64,000 nt of DNA from an uncultured Methanosarcinaceae archaeon (lineage in GTDB: Archaea; Halobacteriota; Methanosarcinia; Methanosarcinales; Methanosarcinaceae). The notes under the pieces were generated by a model. That model ran no database searches, was not told the DNA's origin, and saw only the letters and a program-made list of their open reading frames with translations. Where the stretch lies: contig CAVTET010000001.1 in the NCBI GenBank assembly GCA_963733675.1, positions 320,001 through 384,000 of the forward strand, given 5' to 3'. The position numbers and the translations under genes are program-made. Positions 9,265-19,597 of the stretch are shown piece after piece. How positions within the stretch are numbered: the first letter of the stretch is position 1; each line of letters starts with the position of its first letter.

Positions 9265-11589
9265 ATGACACAAAAAAAAGAATATATGCGTTATTTTACT
9301 AAAAAAAGCTGCTACCCAAACCAAGCAGAAGCGATGGAGAAAATTAAATCAGCTCTCTTACAGGAAAAAATCGTACTTTTTGAGGGAGCATGTGGGACCG
9401 GTAAGACTCTGAGTGCACTTGTTCCTGCATTGAATGTGAGAAAAGATCTTGACAAAATTATAATAGTAGTTACGAATGTTCATCAACAGATGGTCCAGTT
9501 TATAAACGAAGCAAAAGAAATCTCCTTAAATAATAGTTTAAAAACTATTGTACTTAAAGGCAAGACTTCTATGTGCCCTGAAAATCTCGATTATGATGAA
9601 TGCAAACTAAATGGCGAAAATACATACGACCTTCTTGAGTTTGAACGGGAAATCTCATCAAAGGAAAAAGAGCTTAAAGAAATTTATGCAAAATATAAAC
9701 AGACTAAAGATACTTATGTTTTTGCTCTCATTAAAGAGATTAATGAAGAAATTGAAGGATTTCGGAAAAAGGCTCAGTCTTTGAGGAATCATCACTGTCC
9801 AAAGCTCTATGAGGTCCTGAAATTTGAAGGAAATGAATTTTCATCCTGGCTCTTTTCCGATGTAAGGAGTCCAGAGGATGTGATGAAGTACTCACAGGAA
9901 CGAGATATGTGTGGATATGAGCTGCTCAAGAGGGAACTAAAAAATACCGAACTTCTTATATGCAATTTCCATCATGTACTTAGTGCCGAAATTTTCATGA
10001 CTCTTCTGAAGTGGCTTGAACGCGACCTGAGAGATATTATCCTCATATTTGATGAGGCGCACAATATAGAGGCATCTGCTCGTTCTCATTCTTCCATAAT
10101 GCTCTCCGAATTGACCATCGAGAAATCTCTTTATGAAGTAGGCGAAATTTTCGAACCTGACAGCTCTTTGGTATTTGGAGTAGGCAATAGCCCCAAAAGT
10201 GGCATCCCACTTGACAAGGACTATGCAGTAAGACTTTATGCGAAAAAATTATTTTCTTGCTTGCTGAAGGCTCTCAGTAACACATATAACTCGAAGTTGA
10301 AATTCGGAGAAAAGAGCAGGCTTGGAAAAAAATGGCAAGATATCCAGATCAGTGACCCTTATGAGCGCCTTGACATTTTGAAAGCTCACTTTTTGCGGGA
10401 TGCTAAGAACGAAGGGTTTGAAAATGAAGAGAAGATCCTGATCCTACTTAGAGAAATAAAAGAATTTGGAGTGCGGCTGGAAGCAATCTATGCAGAAAAT
10501 TATAAAAAAGGGCTTCATTCAGTCCCTAAACGTTCGCATATCAGGTACGTTGCCGATTTTTTGTCTTCTTACATTATACTTTCAGGCAGACAAAACTATT
10601 ACCCCATTTTGAATGTGCGCAGGGATTTAAAAAGTAATAGGTTAGTTGGCAGGATCGAGCTTTTCACATGCATTCCCAAAAACATTACTCAACCATTGTT
10701 TGATTCCGTTTATGCGGCATTGCTCATGTCAGCTACACTTCGCCCCTTTGAGATGATCAAGTCAACACTCGGTATCTCCCGGAAAGTGGAAGAAATTTCT
10801 TATGGCACGACTTTCCCCAAGGAAAGAAGGCTTACACTTTCAGTTTCAGTTCCTCCTCTTTTTGCAAAAAATCGAGACAATCCCGAAACTCTTGAGAGTT
10901 TGAAAGAATCTCTTCTTGCAGCCACTGTCGCATCTTCAGGAAACGTGATCATCTATTTTCAAAGCTATGCTGAAGCACGCCGCTATGCTAAAATCCTTGA
11001 GCCTGAGCTTTCTATCCCGATATTCCTTGACGAGGTAGGGTGTTCAACTCAGGAAATTCGACAAAAATTTTTCAGAATCGGGGAGAACGGAGGAAAATCT
11101 TTGCTTATAACTTATCTCTGGGGAACATTGACTGAAGGCGTTGATTTCAGAGATAATCGTGGTAGGACAGTTATTGTAGTAGGGGTTGGATATCCGGCTC
11201 TAAACAACCGAATTAAAGCAGTAGAGTCTGCTTATGATGCTTTTTTCGATTGTGGAACCGGCTGGGAATTTGCAGTTCAGGTGCCAACGATCAGAAAAGT
11301 AAGGCAGGCTATGGGAAGAATAGTCCGTTCTCCGGAGGATTTTGGAATTAGGATCCTTATGGATTCTCGTTATCAGGGTTCCCAGACACGTAAGCTTGGT
11401 AAATTTTCAGTTTTTGAGTATTTCCCTCCAGAAGAAAGAAAAGAATTCATTGATGTCATTCCCAAAGACGTAGGAAGCCTGGTGAGAAACTTTTTTGCGT
11501 ATATCGAGTTGAATGATCCAGAAAAAATGGAGACGAAATCTTCGGCTTCAATGCAGCTTAATTTTGGAAATCTTACCGAAAAGCTATGA
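9265..11589 (+). CDS. XPD/Rad3 (DinG-family) Fe-S DNA helicase
   Basis: GACGTGKT Walker A, Fe-S cysteines, DEAH, SATL, EGVDF, QAMGRIVR. Confidence 0.93.
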   Translation: MTQKKEYMRYFTKKSCYPNQAEAMEKIKSALLQEKIVLFEGACGTGKTLSALVPALNVRKDLDKIIIVVTNVHQQMVQFINEAKEISLNNSLKTIVLKGKTSMCPENLDYDECKLNGENTYDLLEFEREISSKEKELKEIYAKYKQTKDTYVFALIKEINEEIEGFRKKAQSLRNHHCPKLYEVLKFEGNEFSSWLFSDVRSPEDVMKYSQERDMCGYELLKRELKNTELLICNFHHVLSAEIFMTLLKWLERDLRDIILIFDEAHNIEASARSHSSIMLSELTIEKSLYEVGEIFEPDSSLVFGVGNSPKSGIPLDKDYAVRLYAKKLFSCLLKALSNTYNSKLKFGEKSRLGKKWQDIQISDPYERLDILKAHFLRDAKNEGFENEEKILILLREIKEFGVRLEAIYAENYKKGLHSVPKRSHIRYVADFLSSYIILSGRQNYYPILNVRRDLKSNRLVGRIELFTCIPKNITQPLFDSVYAALLMSATLRPFEMIKSTLGISRKVEEISYGTTFPKERRLTLSVSVPPLFAKNRDNPETLESLKESLLAATVASSGNVIIYFQSYAEARRYAKILEPELSIPIFLDEVGCSTQEIRQKFFRIGENGGKSLLITYLWGTLTEGVDFRDNRGRTVIVVGVGYPALNNRIKAVESAYDAFFDCGTGWEFAVQVPTIRKVRQAMGRIVRSPEDFGIRILMDSRYQGSQTRKLGKFSVFEYFPPEERKEFIDVIPKDVGSLVRNFFAYIELNDPEKMETKSSASMQLNFGNLTEKL

Positions 11590-11647
11590 AATACTTGAAA
11601 CAGTAAACTATTCTATTAAATTATTCATTTTTTATTCCAGTCGAATA

Positions 11648-11666
11648 CCTCGCAGCTTGCTGCGGG
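11648..11666. repeat. GC-rich hairpin, probable orphan IS200/IS605 end
   Basis: CCTCGCAGCTTGCTGCGGG after TCGAATA; a decayed similar motif lies downstream of the tnpA relic near 2420-2445. Confidence 0.45.
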
Positions 11667-11817
11667 ATGGAAACTGGCCCTGAACCATAATTAACTAACT
11701 GAGTTATAATTTGAAATACCATTAATTAGTCTGTTGATTTTTATGCAAAATAATAAATCTCAAGAAATTATGATGTAGGGAATCACATCTATGAAAAACG
11801 CAATTAGATACAGTATA

Positions 11818-12955
11818 GAGAATTTCGATAAACTCCTATGCATGTGATTATTGAAGAATTTAAATAACTTTAAGATAATCATTATTCATAAACATTCTTT
11901 CTGATTTGACTCTTAAGTATGACTATGCTCTTTTTCAGTTAGTTGGAGAAAAAAATTGCTGAAATTGATTCCGTAATTGACTAAATTTTTTTTCATATCA
12001 TTTTTGAGTCCATATATTTTTACAAAACAATTTTAAGAGAGGATTTGAAGCTGACGTAATCATTATGTTCAAAATGGTTGTTCTACATCAATTGCATGTC
12101 TTTCCGACCTTGAACTAGAGAAACAATGTATTGATCGAATTTTTTTCAGAAAATCTCTTGATTTTCCTGAGTACGTACCAGACAGTACCATAGTCTAATC
12201 ATTCAGGATAAAAAATATTGATAACTTCAAAAAAGAAAAAGAAGGTGGGGACATTTTCAAAGCCAACTTTAATGCCTTAGTTTAAAAATAAAAAAACTGG
12301 AATGATTCAGAACGCTACTTTTATCCATTAGATACGGGATATACAAACGCTAATAAACCTCCTAAAAATGAAACGAAAAAAAAGGTAATAAGATACTGAA
12401 TTTGAACAAAAAAGGATGGAAATTCATACTTTGGATCTAAACTTAATTGCATTAATAAACAGGGATTACGAGCTGATCAGAAGATTCAAAACAACCTGTA
12501 TCTTTCATGTTTTTCAGTAGATTTATCACAAAAAATTGAAGTGGTTTACATAGACAGAGTATATTTTGGAGCAAAATTAAAAAGTTATGATGCAACAATG
12601 AAAAGAACAGTAAAATAACATCATATGTGAATGAATGATGTATTAAGAAAAATAGAATTAACTAAAAAAAATATTATGAGGTCGATTTTATGCAGTAAAT
12701 AAAGGATATTCAAAGCAGAAAAAGTTATTGTCACTACTATTCAAAGAGTGAACCTAAAGGTGTTGTGTACATCTTTTTGTTATAATATCTACAAGTTGAT
12801 GAAATTGGGAAAAAGAATATTAAATAAATAAAGAAAATTATCTCTAAAATCAAAGAATAACTAAATAGAAAAAAATTGGGCAAATACAGAAATTAGTGAG
12901 AAAGATTTGGACAGGACTTCTGCGAAGAAAAAATTATAGGTAAATCGGAATTCTA
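11818..12955 (+). mobile_element. Decayed IS5-family element (old lineage) with both ends recognisable
   Basis: Left TIR GAGAATTTCGATAAACTCC, right end AGGTAAATCGGAATTCTA; fragments GMIQNATFIH, DYELIRRFKTT, YFGAKLKSYDATMKR. Confidence 0.75.
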
Positions 12956-13430
12956 TATAAGATCGTAAAATGTTCAAAATTACCATTTGCAAAGACACTA
13001 TTTTTTGTAATTCAATGTACCATGTGTAATATTTTTAATGTATTAAAGGTAAGTCATTTAGATTACAGTATATAAAATGAAATCAGTAGTCCGTCAGGAT
13101 ATTATTGATTGTAACAGACGGAATTGAGGCCTCATATAATATTCTAATAAAACTACTCCTAAATTACTTAATGAAATTAAATCAAGGAAGAAATCTAGCA
13201 CTTAGTTTTCGATTAATAGAGGTCTAAATCTAAAAATATACTCCAACAAAAAAAATCACACATTATCTAGTGGGTAACATGCTAGATTTCTACTTTATAC
13301 CTTTAAAACGATTGAGTTTCTAGAGGCGATTATAAAAAAAATGGAATTATTGGATGTATGATGAAGTTTTTTCTTTTTTTAAACCATTAAGGAAAAATTC
13401 TAAACGAATAAGAATCTTCATTTTGAATTA

Positions 13431-14302
13431 GAGCCTATCCGAAAAATAATCTACTTTCAATTTAAGATCATGTGTGGTAATGACAAAACGGAAATTTGTT
13501 CAGGACTACAAATTTTCTAAAGATTATTGGGGAAGAATAGAACCTTTACTACATGTACCTAAGCCAAAAAAGAAGTCTTGAAGACCTAGAAAGGGTGATA
13601 GGAAAATAATGAGTGGCATTTTCTATCTCCTTTTTACTGTTTGCCAATGGAAAGCATTGCCACGATTTTATGGAGCTTCAAGCACTGTACATGATCGATT
13701 TCAGGAATGGCAACTATCAGGCTTATTTGAGAGCATGTGGATGGCTGGTCTTGTTGAGTATGATTTCGAAAAAGGATTAGAATGGGAATGACAATCAATT
13801 GATGGTGCTATGACAAAAGCACCATTAGGTGGAACTGGAACAGGAGCCAATCCTACTGATCGTGGCAAAAAAGGTACAAAAAGGAGTGTTTTAACTGATG
13901 GTAAAGGCATATCACTTTCTGTTGTCGTTGATGGAGCCAATCGTCACGATATAAAGCTTGTAAAAAGGACTTTAGACGCCATATTCTTTGAAAGACCTTC
14001 TCCAGAAGACATAATTCAGAATATATGCATGGATAAGGGTTATGATTTCACCGATATCAGAAAATTGGTTGAAGAATATGGTTATACTGCGCATATCAAA
14101 AGTTGTGGAGAAGAAAACATAAGAAGAGACATACCTGGTTTTAGGGCAAGAAGATGAGTTGTAGAAAGGACACATTCTTGGCTGAATAGATTCAGAAGAC
14201 TCCTTATAAGATGGGAAAAGAAAATTGAAAATTACCTTGCTATCCTACATTTAGCGTGCGCATTGATAACATTAAGATCAGCAGGACTTTTCGGATAGCC
14301 TC
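13431..14302 (+). mobile_element. IS5-family element, 872 bp, copy 1; single transposase frame 13480-14298 with three TGA stops
   Basis: TIRs GAGCCTATCCGAAAA / TTTTCGGATAGCCTC, TTA on both sides; IDG, MDKGYD, VVERTHSWLNRFRRL motifs; TGA at 13579, 13789, 14155. Confidence 0.95.
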
Positions 14303-14343
14303 TTAGAGTAAATTGAAACTGTTGACAATGAAGAAATTTTAAT

Positions 14344-14451
14344 ATAAGACTTATACAGTTAGGATCAAAATCTATCACATGCGCATTTTTTAGAGTGATT
14401 TTTTTGATATATTATGTCTCTGATTTTGTAATTCGACGCGTAAGCTCCATA
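14344..14451. repeat. Degenerate TAGGACTTACGCA-type MITE
   Basis: TAAGACTTATACAG ... CGCGTAAGCTCCA, size similar to the other copies. Confidence 0.4.
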
Positions 14452-14526
14452 TCATAACTTTTAGCAGCTTATCATCACAGGGGAGTGAAGGCATACATAA
14501 ACACATCTAGAAAAGAGAGATAAAGT

Positions 14527-15666
14527 ATGATAATAATGATTTTGATCTGTGGAGAAGGCCTTGGCCACACAAGTAGATGCCTTGCGTTGGGGAAAGAGTT
14601 TCTTGCTGCTGGGCACAAAGTGCACTTTGGAGCCTATGGATACTCAAAAGAGTTGGTCGAAAAAACGGGGTATGCTGCGCATAAAATCCCGTCAGAAATA
14701 GTACTAGTTGGAAAAGCAGGGGCCTTGGATTTCAAAGGGTCAATTGAAGCAACTCTTAAAAATAGCCAAATTCTAGGTGGGCCGAAGCTCCTGAGACTTA
14801 TAAAAAATACGAACCCTGATATCATCTTCTCAGACAGCTATTATCTGGGAGCTCTTGCTGCCTTTACGCTCAGAATTCCGATATATCTTATCATTAACCA
14901 GTCGAATATGGAAGAATTTTTCAAAAACAGAGGAGTACCTCTCAGGATTCTTGGGGGAGTTGCAAAAAAGTTTTACAACCATGTTTTTGAAAAAGTAGAC
15001 AAACTGATTATCCCTGATTACCCACTTCCCTATACGGTCTGTACGAAAAATCTGAGTTTTACCCCTAAACTCGAAGCAAAGCTGTTTTACAGCGGCCCTC
15101 TTATAAAAGAAACATGTGAAGAAGTGGAAGAAATTTCTGTCAAAAAACCACACATTGTTTCTCTAATAGGGGGATTCGGATATAGAGAACTTATTTTTAA
15201 AAAAGTGCTCGAAACAGCAAAACTCGATCCATCAATTCATTATACACTCATTTCAGGTCCTTCTTTTGATCCCTCAAAACTGGTTGATCTGCCAAAAAAT
15301 GTGCAAATTCTTAAGTTTATAAAAGACACTTTCCCATACCTAAAAAGTTCCGAAGTGGTCATAGCTCCGGGAGGGCACAGTACTATAATGGAAGCCCTTA
15401 GCTTCGGGATCCCGATTATATCTTTTCCTGACAAAGAACACAGAGAGCAGGAAAATAATGCTAAAGCGATCGGGGAGAAAGGCTATGGTATGATGCTTAG
15501 TTATTCTACTCCTCCTGAGGTCATTCTTGAATGCATTCGGGAAGTTCTGGAAGAGGATCTATACCGAAATAACACTGAGAGACTACGTAGGCTTGCAGGA
15601 GAGTTAAAAGGGCCTACTGCTGTCAGAGAATTGATTGAAAAAGAAATTCGTGAGAATATTTACTGA
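14527..15666 (+). CDS. MurG-like (GT28-type) glycosyltransferase
   Basis: GEGLGHTSR N-terminal motif, GGHSTIMEAL and HREQENNA donor-binding motifs. Confidence 0.88.
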   Translation: MIIMILICGEGLGHTSRCLALGKEFLAAGHKVHFGAYGYSKELVEKTGYAAHKIPSEIVLVGKAGALDFKGSIEATLKNSQILGGPKLLRLIKNTNPDIIFSDSYYLGALAAFTLRIPIYLIINQSNMEEFFKNRGVPLRILGGVAKKFYNHVFEKVDKLIIPDYPLPYTVCTKNLSFTPKLEAKLFYSGPLIKETCEEVEEISVKKPHIVSLIGGFGYRELIFKKVLETAKLDPSIHYTLISGPSFDPSKLVDLPKNVQILKFIKDTFPYLKSSEVVIAPGGHSTIMEALSFGIPIISFPDKEHREQENNAKAIGEKGYGMMLSYSTPPEVILECIREVLEEDLYRNNTERLRRLAGELKGPTAVRELIEKEIRENIY

Positions 15667-15962
15667 AAAAGTTTTTACAAAAGTTTTCTGAAAAGGTTTT
15701 TCCTCGCTCTCGTAGATTGTTATGACCAATGCTTTGGTTCATCCCCTACCTAAAGGTCAAATTATTTTAGACTCTCTGCACTCCCAAAGTAGTAAATAGC
15801 TATCTAATCTTGTCACATAAGGTGAATTTACTTTTTTTGTCAGTTAACGAAATAACTTATCCAACTGCAATATCTTTTTATTGTAGAAAATAGGAAATAT
15901 TATATAAAAATAAATAGGAAAAAGGAAAGGAATATGAGGTTTCCTATTTACTAATATTAATT

Positions 15963-17195
15963 ATGTGGGATGAATATATGCTAAATACTGGCTCAACAGG
16001 TTTTATGCTTCTTGCGACAAGCCTTGTGATGCTTATGACTCCTGGTCTGGCATTCTTTTACGGAGGTCTTGCCTCAAAGCGAAATATTTTAGGAATTATG
16101 ATGCAGAGTTTTGTTTCTCTCGGGATGACAACTGTTTTATGGTTTTTAGTCGGTTATTCGCTGTGCTTCAGTGGAGGAGAAGGCGCAATCATAGGAAAGT
16201 TGGACAAAATGTTTTTGCATGGAATTACTCCAACTACTATGTTTGGAAACGGGGAAATCCCAGAACTCGTCTTTGTAGCCTACCAAATGATGTTTGCAAT
16301 CATTACTCCAGCTCTGATTACTGGAGCATTTGCAAATAGAATTACTTTTAAGGCTTACATCATCTTTTTAATCAGCTGGCAGCTTTTTGTTTACTATCCT
16401 TTTGTGCATATGGTCTGGGGAGGGGGCTTGCTTGCAAAAATGGGAATCCTTGATTTTGCAGGTGGGATTGTGGTCCATGCAACAGCAGGATTTGCAGCCC
16501 TGGCGTCGGTATTTTACGTGGGTTCGAGGATGTATAAACATTCGAAGCCAAACAACATTCCCTTAATGGCTATAGGAACTGCACTTCTCTGGTTTGGATG
16601 GTATGGCTTTAACGCTGGCAGTGAGCTTCATGTAGATGGAATTACCTCACTTGCATTCATGAACACAGATGTTGCAGCTTCTTTTGCAGCAATCACCTGG
16701 ATGATAATTGATTGGTTCAAGGAAACGAAACCAAAATTTGTAGGGCTTATGACAGGAGCAATTGCTGGTCTTGCAACTGTCACACCTGCAGCAGGCTTCG
16801 TGTCCTTGCCAGTAGCTGCGTTGATGGGTATCCTCGGAGCCATTGTCTGCTATTTTGCGGTACATATCAAAAATAAGATGAAATGGGATGACGCCCTGGA
16901 TGTATGGGGCGTCCATGGGATTGGAGGAGTGACTGGGACAATTCTCCTAGGAATCTTCGCTTCAAATATAATTAATCCGGCAGGAACCAATGGACTTCTT
17001 TACGGCGGAACTGGGTTCTTTATCAAAGAAATCGTGGTTGTTGCTGGTGCTTCAATTTATGCATTTGTGTTTACCTATATTATGCTGATATTCATAAATC
17101 TAATAACTCCGGTCAAAGCTTCCGATGAAGAACAGCTCATAGGGCTAGATATCTCTATCCATGGCGAAAGTGCTTATGACTCGATTCACCACTGA
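15963..17195 (+). CDS. amtB: Ammonium transporter Amt (start may be 15978)
   Basis: MTPGLAFFYGGL, DFAGGIVVH, WFGWYGFNAGS, DDALDVWGVHG. Confidence 0.95.
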   Translation: MWDEYMLNTGSTGFMLLATSLVMLMTPGLAFFYGGLASKRNILGIMMQSFVSLGMTTVLWFLVGYSLCFSGGEGAIIGKLDKMFLHGITPTTMFGNGEIPELVFVAYQMMFAIITPALITGAFANRITFKAYIIFLISWQLFVYYPFVHMVWGGGLLAKMGILDFAGGIVVHATAGFAALASVFYVGSRMYKHSKPNNIPLMAIGTALLWFGWYGFNAGSELHVDGITSLAFMNTDVAASFAAITWMIIDWFKETKPKFVGLMTGAIAGLATVTPAAGFVSLPVAALMGILGAIVCYFAVHIKNKMKWDDALDVWGVHGIGGVTGTILLGIFASNIINPAGTNGLLYGGTGFFIKEIVVVAGASIYAFVFTYIMLIFINLITPVKASDEEQLIGLDISIHGESAYDSIHH

Positions 17196-17199
17196 ATTA

Positions 17200-18054
17200 G
17201 GTTCCGTTGCAAAAAATCCTTTCTAATGATACAATAGAATAAAAAGAAAACCAAAGATAGTAATATGCTATCTGATTCCTTTAAATGGAAGCATTATGAA
17301 GGAGAAATTATCTTATTAAATGTAAGATGGTACTTAAAATGTCCACTGAGCTATATAAATTTAAAGGAAATGATGATAGAAAGAGGGATTCAAGTTGATC
17401 ACAGTACTATAATGAGATGGGTACATCAATATTCTCCTGAAATAGAAAAGAAGATAAGAAGACATTTAAGACCAACAAATGATTCGTGGAGAGTTGATGA
17501 AACCTATATCAAAGTAAAAGGTGAATGGAAATATCTTTACAGAGCAGTTGATTCAAATGGAGATACAATTGATTTCATGTTAAGTTCAAAACGAAATAGA
17601 AAAGCAGCGAATAGATTCTTTAAGAAAGCTTTAAGTTCAAATCATAATCAAATTCCAAGAGTAATAACCGTTGATAAGAATCCAGCTTATCCACCTGCTA
17701 TAGATAAACTGAAAAATGATAAAATACTACCTAAAAACGTAGGCATTAGACAAGTCAAGTATTTGAATAACATTATAGAACAAGATCATCGATCTATAAA
17801 GCGAATCGTTAATCCAATATTAGGATTTCAGTCTTTTCGATCTGCTAATAAAACCTTAAAAGGAATTGAAGCTATGAATATGATCAAAAAAGGACAAGTA
17901 AACGATCTAAATTACTCTGTTCTTAATGAAATCAAATACATTAATCAATTGTTTGGTATAGTTTTATAATATTAGTGCATTTTCTTTGAATATTCTGATT
18001 TTTATTCATTACCTATAGATTTACATATTTTTTTGAATTTTTTGCAACGGAACC
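17200..18054 (+). mobile_element. IS6-family element, copy A (transposase 17265-17969)
   Basis: TIRs GGTTCCGTTGCAAAAA; WRVDETYIKV, TVDKNPAY, NNIIEQDHR DDE motifs; no TSD. Confidence 0.97.
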
Positions 18055-18180
18055 CTTAATGTTGATAAAACAATTTTGGAAGAAGCAGAAGGTTTTGACA
18101 AAAATAAATCGTCTTTAATTCGCGAAGAACTATATCGTATGTATATTCATTTTGGATATAAACCTTATTATAAGGCATAA
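18055..18180 (+). pseudogene. Ribbon-helix-helix/antitoxin-like small gene, 5' end removed by IS6
   Basis: In frame from the IS end: LNVDKTILEEAEGFDKNKSSLIREELYRMYIHFGYKPYYKA*. Confidence 0.4.
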
Positions 18181-18636
18181 TAGCTGGAACAAACAGGAAT
18201 TTTAAGATAGATAGGAGCAGAGAAATTAATTACTCATGAAATGAAAACTAAGGAGTTTATATGTTTCTCTCCTGAAGGTCATTGGGAACTGATTTATCGA
18301 TTAAATACGTTCGGAGTAAAAAACCGGGTTTGAGAGGACTTGTTTTAGTTTTACTAGTATAGCATTGGTTACATATATATTGAGCACACAAGGAATTGCA
18401 GACTTATTTATGGATGTTGCAACCTGGCTTTTAATAATTTATGTTGTACTTGCCACTATTTAGTATATATTTTAAGGAGGGAGTAACATAAAAAGTGTTG
18501 TTTCCGCGGTTATTTTTCTATTAAAAAATATCAAAAAAACTTGAGGTTTGCGGAAATCTCACTACTTTTGAAAATGTACATTCTATGCGCATTATTTCAA
18601 ATAATTGCACTAAATTGGCTGAAGTATAAATCATGC

Positions 18637-18724
18637 GTGAGAGTAGCCCAGCTAGGCCAAAGGCATCAGATTTAGAGTCTGGTCTGGTAGGAGTTCTTGT
18701 GTTCGAATCACACCTCTCGCACCA
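18637..18724 (+). tRNA. tRNA-Leu (anticodon UAG), divergent or pseudo, CCA encoded
   Basis: Acceptor GTGAGAG/CTCTCGC-ACCA, D arm GCC/GGC, anticodon arm TCAGA-TTTAGAG-TCTGG, long variable arm, TTCGAAT loop; mismatches at T-stem base and variable arm. Confidence 0.85.
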
Positions 18725-18740
18725 AGTAGGAGTTGAGATC

Positions 18741-18890
18741 ATGGAAGAAACAGTTTGGTATTCTTCAGAATGGAAATGTGAATGCCCGCATTGTGAAGCA
18801 ACTAATACATGTCCTGCGCCTCATAAAGATTTTGTGTGCACTGAATGTGGAAAAGCATTTGCGGCTTCTGTAGCGCATACAGAAGAGTGA
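18741..18890 (+). CDS. 49-aa zinc-ribbon microprotein
   Basis: AGGAG SD; MEETVWYSSEWKCECPHCEATNTCPAPHKDFVCTECGKAF with CPHC and CTEC pairs. Confidence 0.7.
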   Translation: MEETVWYSSEWKCECPHCEATNTCPAPHKDFVCTECGKAFAASVAHTEE

Positions 18891-19098
18891 TTGGACTATA
18901 TATATCAAAGAACAGAGAACTTGAAATTAAACAGATGTGGTATACATTGCAACCAAATAGCCTTATGGTGTGCGTCACGCAATGTATACTAGTAGTTTAT
19001 TCGCATAATGAAATACGCAAAACTTTTCTCTATGTAAACTGATATTTTCATGTATCTAAGAAGTTTAGTAAATGATCTGACTAGTAATTAGTCAACAA

Positions 19099-19258
19099 TT
19101 AGCTTTTACAGATGGTAGCGCCGTTGCAGCTAGAACAAATATGGTGATATTCAAGCGAATTGTATGCATTTGCTGCTTCAACGGTTAATGATGCTGCAAA
19201 AAACTGCTAGCAAAATAGTCAGTACCTTTTTAATTCTACCATATGATTGTTTCAACAT
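19099..19258 (-). pseudogene. Small secreted Cys-rich peptide with KQ-Y-RIK leader, frameshifted in a T6 run
   Basis: AAGGAGTG SD; MLKQSYGRIKKVLTILLAVF then, after frame correction, AASLTVEAANA-YNSLEYHHICSSCNGATICKS*. Confidence 0.65.
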
Positions 19259-19597
19259 CCAATTCACTCCTTTTTTATAAAAATATACACAATTTGAGGG
19301 ATGTTTGTTTGTCGATTCACACTTTTTTCATGGTAAATGCATTATAAACTTGATTACAGGCGCAAAGGAAAAAAGCAATTAAAGAAGTCCAAACTGTAAA
19401 ATATGCAATCAATCATTTTCTTGGAATAATTAGACAAATTTTTGATTTCGATGCATATACCTTATATTTAATAAATGTTTACATGGCTGAATATGAACAA
19501 ACTTTTAATTTAAGAGACAGAAGTATAGATTATAGAGGCTCACCCCAATATCTATTTGGGAAAAAAGATGTCAATAGCACGAATAATTAAATGGAAA

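Noticed and set aside
15738-15797. TTCATCCCCTACCTAAAGG motif resembling an IS605 end
   Set aside because: The second hairpin arm is missing and no tnpA or tnpB is adjacent
18637-18724. tRNA as an amber suppressor or tRNA-Pyl because TAG appears in the loop
   Set aside because: Anticodon UAG reads CUA leucine codons; a suppressor needs anticodon CUA, and the long variable arm and A73 fit tRNA-Leu
18633-18890. 85-aa ORF and the antisense ORF 18521-18742
   Set aside because: They translate through the tRNA; the credible start is ATG 18741
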